Of a stretch of DNA of 64,000 nucleotides, positions 52,078-58,748 are shown one piece after another (within the stretch, counting starts at the first letter, position 1; every line of letters begins with the position of its first letter). This stretch comes from Verrucomicrobiota bacterium (GTDB taxonomy: Bacteria; Verrucomicrobiota; Verrucomicrobiia; Opitutales; Opitutaceae). The stretch lies in assembly GCA_963205455.1 (NCBI GenBank), contig CAUJJL010000128.1, positions 14,685 through 78,684 on the forward strand. The letters are read 5' to 3'. Both the position numbers and the translations under genes were made by a program. The notes below the pieces were generated by a model that saw only the letters and a list, made by a program, of their open reading frames with translations, had not been told where the DNA came from and did no database searches.

Positions 52078-52513
52078 TTCCAGCTACTTATTTCGCGTTT
52101 ATTCGTGCGAGCCGGGGCATGAAGCCGTGAAAGAGCTGCTTGTTCGGTGCACGGGACTCTTTTCAGCCTGGCACGCCCGCGCAGAATTCTCAGCCATTGT
52201 TTTGCGAAAGCGGCGGGAAGGTAGGGACTCCCCGGAAGATCTCTTTGAGTTGCATGAGCAGTTCCTGGACGAATGTCGCAGCGGGCAGGTGCAGCTGCTG
52301 CCTTTGACGGAGAACGTGTTTCAAGCCATCGAATCCGCGCTGCGCAGCGCTCCCGGCACGACATTTCTCCGGGCTGCGGATGCGATGCACCTCGCCTGTG
52401 CCGCCCAGCACGGCTTCACCGAAGTCTATTCCAATGACCGCCATTTCCTCGCCGCCGCCCCGCTCTTCGGGCTGAAGGGAATCAACATCCTTGGAAAAGA
52501 CGATCCTCAATGA
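52061..52513 (+). CDS. vapC: PIN-domain toxin, VapC-like
   Basis: 150 aa. N-terminal acidic residue in MKLYFDSSYL and C-terminal ..AADAMHLACA..VYSNDRHF, typical of PIN ribonucleases. Confidence 0.8.
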   Translation: MKLYFDSSYLFRVYSCEPGHEAVKELLVRCTGLFSAWHARAEFSAIVLRKRREGRDSPEDLFELHEQFLDECRSGQVQLLPLTENVFQAIESALRSAPGTTFLRAADAMHLACAAQHGFTEVYSNDRHFLAAAPLFGLKGINILGKDDPQ

Positions 52514-52587
52514 GGCCTCGAAATGCCCTTGCCGACACCAATGCCTTGTTTGGCTCCATCCGGGAGGAGGAAGAAGGACGAAATATG

Positions 52588-52605
52588 AAGGATGAAGGAT
52601 GAAGG
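52588..52605. repeat. Left arm of an 18-bp perfect inverted repeat bracketing the four-helix-bundle gene
   Basis: aaggatgaaggatgaagg. Its reverse complement is identical to 52953-52970. It is embedded in a purine-rich GAAGG tract (52565-52610). Confidence 0.9.
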
Positions 52606-52618
52606 AAATGCCGGCCTG

Positions 52619-52951
52619 ATGGAGCGGACGACGGAGTTTGCGCTTCGGATCGTGCGGATGTTTGTCGCGCTGCCGAAGACGGACGAGGCCCGCGTGCTTG
52701 GCAAACAGGTCCTGCGCTCCGGCACCTCCGTCGGCGCCAACTACCGGGAAGCCCGGCGCGCCCGCTCCAAGGGCGAGTTCGTCTCCAAGATCGGCGATTG
52801 CCTCACGGAACTCGACGAATCGAGCTACTGGCTCGAACTCCTCGTGCGCAGCGAAATCGTCCCGGAATCCAAACTCGCCTCCCTCCGGGACGAAAACCAC
52901 CAACTCCTCGCCATCCCCCCAACCATTTCAAAAAAGGCGAAAGGCCAATAA
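52619..52951 (+). CDS. Four-helix-bundle protein (23S rRNA intervening-sequence protein family)
   Basis: ORF 52592-52951 with a likely ATG at 52619. FALRIVRMFVALPKTDEARVLGKQVLRSGTSVGANYREARRARSKGEFVSKIGDCLTELDESSYWLELL matches the family consensus. Confidence 0.85.
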   Translation: MERTTEFALRIVRMFVALPKTDEARVLGKQVLRSGTSVGANYREARRARSKGEFVSKIGDCLTELDESSYWLELLVRSEIVPESKLASLRDENHQLLAIPPTISKKAKGQ

Positions 52952-52952
52952 C

Positions 52953-52970
52953 CCTTCATCCTTCATCCTT
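52953..52970. repeat. Right arm of the 18-bp perfect inverted repeat
   Basis: ccttcatccttcatcctt starts 2 nt after the stop of the four-helix-bundle gene. It continues as a CCTTC-rich tract to about 52990. Confidence 0.9.
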
Positions 52971-52994
52971 TTGCCTTCAACCTTTTCCCCACCC

Positions 52995-55900
52995 ATGTCC
53001 GACCTCCGCAAAGCCATCCAATCCCGCCTCCAGGCCTTCACCACCCAGCCCCTGCGGCAGGCCTCGCTGGCCCTGCTCGACACCCTCGGCTACCGCTCGG
53101 AGCGCTCCCTGCCCATCGATACGTTGACGGCGCTTCAAGAGCAGCTCGATCCCGGCCATCTCCTCCGCGAGGAAAACGCCCACCTTTCCCTCTGGAAATC
53201 CGTTCACCTCCTTTTCCAGCTCACCAAATCCGAACTTGCCCCTTCCGCCGGCAACGATCTGGGTTTGAGCCTTGAATCCCCTTTCGAGCTTCGCCGCGAT
53301 GGCAAGGTCATCGAGTCCTACCTCTTCTTCGCGGTCGATCTCCATCCGCGCTCCGACGGCCAGCCCCACAACCGCGATATCTACGGCACCATCACCCGCG
53401 CCCTCAACCGCCTTGTCCCCCAGCCGGTGCTTGTGCTCTTTCGCGAGGATTCGCGCCTCTCCCTCGCCGTCATCAACCGCCGTCGCAACCTACGCGACGG
53501 CACCCGCGACGTGCTCACCCGCGTCTCCCTCATCCGCGACATCGACTCCCGCTCGCCCCACCGCGCCCACCTCGACCTGCTCCAGCGCTTTTCCCTGCCG
53601 TCCCTCTCCGCCGAGTCCGCCATCCGCACCTTTGCCGATCTCGATACCGCCTGGCAGAAAATCTTCTCCGTTCAGGAACTCAAGGACAGCTTCTACAAGT
53701 CCCTCGCCGCCTGGTTCCGCTGGGCCATCACGGAGATCCAGCTCGCACAGCTCCCCGACCAAACGCCGGACACCGCTAAAAACCGCGACCGCGCCACCCA
53801 GGAGTTCACCGTCCGCCTCATCTGCCGCACGCTCTTCACCTGGTTCCTCAAGGAAATGCGGCTCATCCCCGCCGAACTCCTCGAACTCTACGACACCGCC
53901 GAAACCCGCCGCGTCCTCACCAAAAACGGCGACTCCCGCGACTTCCTCGACGGCAACCACTACTACCGCGGCATCCTGCAAAACATCTTCTTCCAGTCCC
54001 TCAACCGCCCGATGGACCAGCGTCGGAAATCCGGCGCGGAAGCCGCCAACGACCGCGAGGTCATCGCGCCCGATCTCAAAAAGCTTGCCTACGTCGCCAA
54101 GCAGAACCTGCCCGAAACCTTCGACTACTCGCTCTTCGATCGCATTCCCTACCTCAATGGCGGCCTTTTCGACGCCCTGCCCGAGGACAACCTGAAATTC
54201 ACCCACGAGGAGGGCAACGCCTTCCGCGTGCCCAACAAGCTCTTCTACGCCCGCCGCGAGGACGGCTACACGCTCGCAGGCGAGGGGCGCCGCGCCGCCG
54301 CCCAGCCGATGGAAGGCCTCAACCGCATCTTCGACCGCTACCGCTTCACCGTCACCGAGAACACCCCGTTGGAAGAGGATGTCGCCCTCGATCCCGAACT
54401 CCTCGGCCTCGCCTTCGAAAACCTGCTCGCCGAGATTGATCCCGACGACGAGGCCGCCGCCCAGTCCGCCCGCAAGGCCTCCGGCTCCTACTACACCCCG
54501 CGCCGCATCGTGGACTACATGGTCAACGAGGCGCTCCACCTCCACCTCCGCACCGAGTTCGAGAAAGGCGGAGCCTCCTCCGCCGATCTCCAGCTCCTCA
54601 GCCAGCTCTGCTACGAACTCGATCCCCACGCCGATTTCTCGCCCATCGCCGCCCGTGTCGTGGATGTGCTGGATGCCGTGCGCGTGCTCGATCCCGCCTG
54701 CGGCTCCGGCGCCTTCCCCATGGGCATGCTCCACCGCATGGTCGGGCTGCTCCACCGCGTCGATCCCGACAACGAATACTGGAAACAGCGCCTGCTCGAC
54801 CGCCTGCCCGCCGCCATGCGCGACGACGCCCGCCGGGGCATGGAAGGCAAAAGCTACAACTACCTCCGCAAGCTCGGCCTCATCCAGAAAAACCTCTACG
54901 GCCTCGACATCCAGCCGCTCGCCGCCCTCATCGCCAAGCTGCGCTTCTTCCTCACCCTCGTCGTCGAGCAGGATGTCCACCTCAACGATCCCGCCCACAA
55001 CTACGGCCTGGCCTCGCTGCCCAATCTCGAAACCAACCTCCTCTGCGCCAATACCCTGGCCGATGCCGGCCACGGCCTGCTCAGCGGCCCCGTGCTCGCC
55101 GACCTCCGCCGCGCCCGCGAGGAATACTACCAGCCCGGCGCCACCCGCGACCGCCGCGACGCACTCGCCACCGCCATCGGGGAAAAACTCGCCACCCTCT
55201 TCCCCGGCTTCGCCGAAAAGACCAAGGGTGTGAAGCCCTCCGGGGCCACCCAGCTGGACCGCGAGAACATGCGCCGCCAGCAGGATGCCATCTGGCTCGC
55301 TGAGTGGTTCAAGCACGCCACCCTCGCCGCCCCCTTCTTCAATGTGGAAACCTTCTTCCCGGAGCTGGTTGATTCTTCATCCTTCCACCTTCATCCTTCA
55401 CCCTTCCACATCGTCATCGGCAATCCGCCCTACGGCGGCACCAAGATCGACGACGAGGTGAAGACCTCCCTCGGCCTCGGCTCCAAAGACCCCTACGGCG
55501 CCTTCATCGCCCGCTTCCTCGGCGATCCCTCGCGCCCCGCCCCGCTCGCCGAGGGCGGCGTGCTCGCCTACATCGTCAGCGACACCTTCATGACCATCAA
55601 GACGCACCGCCCGCTGCGCGGGCAGATGCTGCGGCACCGCGTCCACAAGATGATCCGCGTCGCCGGCGACACCTTCAAGGCCACCGTCAACTGCGCCGTC
55701 ATCCTCTGCCAGCGCGGCGCGGCCCCGGAGGCCCACACTTGCCAGATGGCCGACCTCACCAATGTCTCCATCTGGGACCAGCACGAGCGCTTCCTCCACC
55801 TGCTCTACCAAACCGAGGGCTTCGCCCGCCGCGCCAACGTCTCCAACCAGACTTACGCGATCTACCACTACAAACAAAACCTGATCCAAACCAACTCGAA

Positions 55901-57683
55901 CCTGCCCTTCTTCGTCGCCTCGCCGAAGCTGTTCGCACTGATGAATGATACCACCGCTCCGGTGCGGCATGAGACCATCGGGGGAAAACGCGTGCCCGTC
56001 CGCACGGTCACGCTCAATGGCAATGCGGTGCGCTTGGTGAAACTCGGGGACATCGCCGAGGTGAAAGTCGGCCTGCAAACCGGCGACAATGACGCCTACC
56101 TCTTTCAGAATCCCGATGCCCGAGGCTCCTATCGCTCCATCGAGGATTATCGTGAGTTTCTTCTCGCCGATGCTGACCTTGAACGAATCCGCTCGGATGA
56201 GAACCTCCGCATGGAGGTGATCCAGCACGGCATCTCAAAAGACGACCGGCAATCCCCACGTTACTTCGGCGGCAGATATATCGCGCATTATGATAAGGGT
56301 GGGGAGTCGGAAAGTGAAGACGGATGGATGCCGAATTACTTCGTTCCAACCAACTACTATATTGATTGGAGCGAATGGGCGGTGAACCGAATGAAGTCGC
56401 TCACAACGAGAACGAGAAACCGTGAACAAGGTAGAACAGGTGGTGATGATTCACTAGCCTCACGCTTTCAAAATGCCGATTCGTATTTTGTCGGAGGAAT
56501 AACGTTCTCGTCCCGTGGTGTATATGCGCCGACCTTTCGTCAAAATGCGGGTGCTTGCTATGACAAGGAAAGCAGCGGGGTTTTCGTAGGGGGAAATGTT
56601 GATAATGTGCTCGCGGTGGTCGCGTCCCGGTTTGCGAAACACCTCTTGAAAGGCTTTCTACAACAAACGGTCTCGATGGATGTGGATGCGCTAAAGGAAC
56701 TAGTCTTGCCTGACAGTATGCCTATGGCTGCCAGTCTTGTTGCTTCAATCATCGGAGTGCAGCGGACCAATCCCCGTTACGACTACGCCAGCAACGAGCA
56801 GCTGGAGATCGACCGACTCGTCTATGCCGCCTACGGCTTGAACGACGGCGACATCAAGGAGGTGGAGAACTGGTATGCCCGCCGCTATCCCAAACTGGCC
56901 GAGGCCCAGCGCCGCAACCTCGCCGCCAGGCTGGGCCGGACCGAGGAGCAGTTGCTCGACCGCCCGGTGCTCCACTTCTACTGCGACGAATCCTGCCACC
57001 TGCCCGCCGACGGCGAGCCGAACATGCTGCTCGGCCTGCTGGCCTGTCCGGCGGAGCGGGTCGCCGCCAGCCATGCCGCGCTGCGCGCCCTCGCCGCCGC
57101 CAGCGGCCTGGAACCCCACTTCGAGGCCAAGTGGACCAAGCTCTCGCCCGCCCGCCTGCCACACTACCTCGCCCTGCTCGACTGGTTCTTCGCCCCGGAG
57201 CAGGAGGCGCTGGCCTTCCGCGCCCTCGTCCTGCCGGACAAGGCCCGCCTCTACGCCGCGCTGCCCGCCACCGCCCGCGACCACCTCTACTACCGCCTCT
57301 ACTACCAGCTCCTGCGCGGCGCGGTGGAGCCCGAGAACCGCCACCGCATTTTCCTCGACACCAAGGACACCCGCGGCCGCGAAAAGGTCGCCAAACTGCG
57401 CGACCTCCTCCAGCGCGACGCCGGCGACAGCCTGCAAACCGCCCGGGCCATCCAGGACCTGCAGCTCGTCCGCTCCCACGAGATCGCCCTGCTCCAGCTC
57501 ACCGACCTCTTCCTCGGCGCCATCGCCTACGCCCGCCGCGGCTCCACATCCAGCCCCGCCAAACTCGCCTTCGTCCGCGCCCTCGAAGCAAGAATCGGCG
57601 CCTCCCTCACCGCCGACACCCCGCCCGGCAGCGCCAAATTCCTCATCGCCACCGAATACGACCAGGACGCCCTCTTGCTCTGA
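52995..57683 (+). CDS. PglX/MmeI/Eco57I-like N6-adenine DNA methyltransferase with TaqI_C-like specificity region, fused to a C-terminal DUF3800 domain
   Basis: ORF 52638-57683. The in-frame ATG at 52995 (MSDLRKAIQ..) follows the four-helix-bundle gene. Motifs IPYLNGGLFD, SGSYYTPRRIVDYMV, VLDPACGSGAFP (about 54684-54716), NLYGLDIQPLAALIAKLRFFL, VIGNPPYGG (NPPY at 55422-55433), GLQTGDNDAYLF, IDRLVYAAYGLNDGDIKEVE. From about 56964: VLHFYCDESCH ... ALLQLTDLFLGAIAY (DUF3800 hallmarks). Confidence 0.85.
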   Translation: MSDLRKAIQSRLQAFTTQPLRQASLALLDTLGYRSERSLPIDTLTALQEQLDPGHLLREENAHLSLWKSVHLLFQLTKSELAPSAGNDLGLSLESPFELRRDGKVIESYLFFAVDLHPRSDGQPHNRDIYGTITRALNRLVPQPVLVLFREDSRLSLAVINRRRNLRDGTRDVLTRVSLIRDIDSRSPHRAHLDLLQRFSLPSLSAESAIRTFADLDTAWQKIFSVQELKDSFYKSLAAWFRWAITEIQLAQLPDQTPDTAKNRDRATQEFTVRLICRTLFTWFLKEMRLIPAELLELYDTAETRRVLTKNGDSRDFLDGNHYYRGILQNIFFQSLNRPMDQRRKSGAEAANDREVIAPDLKKLAYVAKQNLPETFDYSLFDRIPYLNGGLFDALPEDNLKFTHEEGNAFRVPNKLFYARREDGYTLAGEGRRAAAQPMEGLNRIFDRYRFTVTENTPLEEDVALDPELLGLAFENLLAEIDPDDEAAAQSARKASGSYYTPRRIVDYMVNEALHLHLRTEFEKGGASSADLQLLSQLCYELDPHADFSPIAARVVDVLDAVRVLDPACGSGAFPMGMLHRMVGLLHRVDPDNEYWKQRLLDRLPAAMRDDARRGMEGKSYNYLRKLGLIQKNLYGLDIQPLAALIAKLRFFLTLVVEQDVHLNDPAHNYGLASLPNLETNLLCANTLADAGHGLLSGPVLADLRRAREEYYQPGATRDRRDALATAIGEKLATLFPGFAEKTKGVKPSGATQLDRENMRRQQDAIWLAEWFKHATLAAPFFNVETFFPELVDSSSFHLHPSPFHIVIGNPPYGGTKIDDEVKTSLGLGSKDPYGAFIARFLGDPSRPAPLAEGGVLAYIVSDTFMTIKTHRPLRGQMLRHRVHKMIRVAGDTFKATVNCAVILCQRGAAPEAHTCQMADLTNVSIWDQHERFLHLLYQTEGFARRANVSNQTYAIYHYKQNLIQTNSNLPFFVASPKLFALMNDTTAPVRHETIGGKRVPVRTVTLNGNAVRLVKLGDIAEVKVGLQTGDNDAYLFQNPDARGSYRSIEDYREFLLADADLERIRSDENLRMEVIQHGISKDDRQSPRYFGGRYIAHYDKGGESESEDGWMPNYFVPTNYYIDWSEWAVNRMKSLTTRTRNREQGRTGGDDSLASRFQNADSYFVGGITFSSRGVYAPTFRQNAGACYDKESSGVFVGGNVDNVLAVVASRFAKHLLKGFLQQTVSMDVDALKELVLPDSMPMAASLVASIIGVQRTNPRYDYASNEQLEIDRLVYAAYGLNDGDIKEVENWYARRYPKLAEAQRRNLAARLGRTEEQLLDRPVLHFYCDESCHLPADGEPNMLLGLLACPAERVAASHAALRALAAASGLEPHFEAKWTKLSPARLPHYLALLDWFFAPEQEALAFRALVLPDKARLYAALPATARDHLYYRLYYQLLRGAVEPENRHRIFLDTKDTRGREKVAKLRDLLQRDAGDSLQTARAIQDLQLVRSHEIALLQLTDLFLGAIAYARRGSTSSPAKLAFVRALEARIGASLTADTPPGSAKFLIATEYDQDALLL
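55374..55409 (+). repeat. In-frame CCTTC-rich tract (2 x CTTCATCCTTC) inside the methyltransferase, directly upstream of NPPY
   Basis: tcttcatccttccaccttcatccttcacccttccac encodes SSSFHLHPSPFH. It shares the 11-mer core with the right arm at 52954-52964 and is complementary to GAAGGATGAAG in the left arm. Confidence 0.8.
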
Positions 57684-57703
57684 GTTGACACCCGCCCCAG
57701 AGC

Positions 57704-58231
57704 ATGAGCGCGAACTTCCCCGACTGGCTGCCGAAAATCATCCCCTTCGATGGCGACTGGGACGACTACCTTGGACGACTCTACGCCATCTTCGAAGGTG
57801 ACTTCAAAAACACTTCCCTCGAATATGCCGGTCGCCGCGTCTGGTATGATTCCCGCCTCGGCGATGACAGTCGCCATGGCTTTGAGGAAGGGTTCTGGCA
57901 CCTCACCACGAAGGACGAAATCATCTACGACCAAGTCCGGAGAACGAAACGAAAGGAACGAGGCCCCGATTTCCGAAGGGCGGAGAGGCTCGCTTGGTGC
58001 CGCGCCGTCATCCAGCATGCCTCGGATCCGGCGGTGCTTTGCTGGGCCTACGAGGAGGAGTTTGGCCAGATGCGCGAATACCTCTGGCTCAAGGAGCATG
58101 ACTACGTGGTTATCCTCCGCCCGTGGCAGACCCGAAAATTTGGCACCGTGTGGATGATCACGACCGCCTACCACCTCGACTACCCCAACGCCAAAACCAA
58201 CCTGCTCTCGAAATATGAGGCCCGAAAATGA
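57704..58231 (+). CDS. Hypothetical protein (175 aa), no family recognised
   Basis: ORF starts 21 nt after the methyltransferase stop. Non-repetitive sequence (..DWDDYLGRLYAIFEGDF.., ..FWHLTTKDE.., ..WMITTAYHLDYPN..). Confidence 0.6.
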   Translation: MSANFPDWLPKIIPFDGDWDDYLGRLYAIFEGDFKNTSLEYAGRRVWYDSRLGDDSRHGFEEGFWHLTTKDEIIYDQVRRTKRKERGPDFRRAERLAWCRAVIQHASDPAVLCWAYEEEFGQMREYLWLKEHDYVVILRPWQTRKFGTVWMITTAYHLDYPNAKTNLLSKYEARK

Positions 58232-58233
58232 CA

Positions 58234-58253
58234 AACCCCGCCGTGGCGGGGTT
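58234..58253 (+). terminator. GC-rich hairpin after the 175-aa gene (terminator-like, no clear U-tract)
   Basis: aaccccgcc-gt-ggcggggtt, a 9-bp perfect complement located 3 nt after the stop codon. Confidence 0.4.
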
Positions 58254-58334
58254 CGATCTCCTGCTACACATGGCAGCTGAGCTGATGGAACCCTACGCCC
58301 GCCGTCCTCGTTTGCAAGGATTTATTTTTCCCCC

Positions 58335-58748
58335 ATGACCACCCGCCACTGGCTCATCAAGTTTGCGCCCTTCCGCACCTCGTGGGAGCAGATTGTCGCC
58401 CGCGGCACTTTCACCCCGCGCGGCATCCGCAGCCCGGAGGCGCGCAAGCACCTGCGCGCCATGCGTCTCGGCGATCCCGTCCTCTTCTACCGCAGCCAGC
58501 AGGATCAGGCCGTCGTCGGCCTCCTGGAAGTCACCCGCGAAGCCTACCCGGACCCCACCAGCGCCGACCCGCAATGGCTGACATGTGACTTCGCCCCCGC
58601 GGCTTCTTTTCCTTCCCCCGTCTCCCTGGAAACGATCAAGGCGACGCAGGCGCTCTCGGACCTTCCGCTCGTTCGCCGTCCCCGCCTTTCCGTGATGCCG
58701 TTGAGTGCCACCGCATTCACAATACTTCAAACACTCGCCCAAGCATGA
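58335..58748 (+). CDS. EVE (PUA-like, DUF55) domain protein
   Basis: 137 aa. RHWLIKFAP.., ..ARKHLRAMRLGDPVLFYRSQQDQAVVGLLEVTREAYPDPT.., ..PVSLETIK.., ..RRPRLSVMPL match the EVE layout. The stop overlaps the next start (ATGA). Confidence 0.85.
   Translation: MTTRHWLIKFAPFRTSWEQIVARGTFTPRGIRSPEARKHLRAMRLGDPVLFYRSQQDQAVVGLLEVTREAYPDPTSADPQWLTCDFAPAASFPSPVSLETIKATQALSDLPLVRRPRLSVMPLSATAFTILQTLAQA

Noticed and set aside
52638-52994. 5' extension of the methyltransferase ORF (the track starts it at 52638), overlapping the four-helix-bundle gene
   Set aside because: The extension is P/S/R-rich with no motif and overlaps a gene with a clear family signature in another frame. The ATG at 52995 follows that gene's stop and the inverted-repeat arm.
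53490-55316. 608-aa minus-strand ORF, plus several other 100-300-aa ORFs in alternative frames across 53-57.7 kb
   Set aside because: They have low-complexity G/A/E/V- or P/S/A/R/T-rich translations and are fully contained in the methyltransferase gene, which carries ordered catalytic motifs. These are typical shadow ORFs of GC-rich DNA.
48319-57683. Calling the locus BREX or DISARM
   Set aside because: There is no PglZ, BrxC/PglY, BrxA/B/L, and no DrmA/DrmB (DUF1998) candidate in the window. Only the methyltransferase and SNF2/PLD components resemble those systems.
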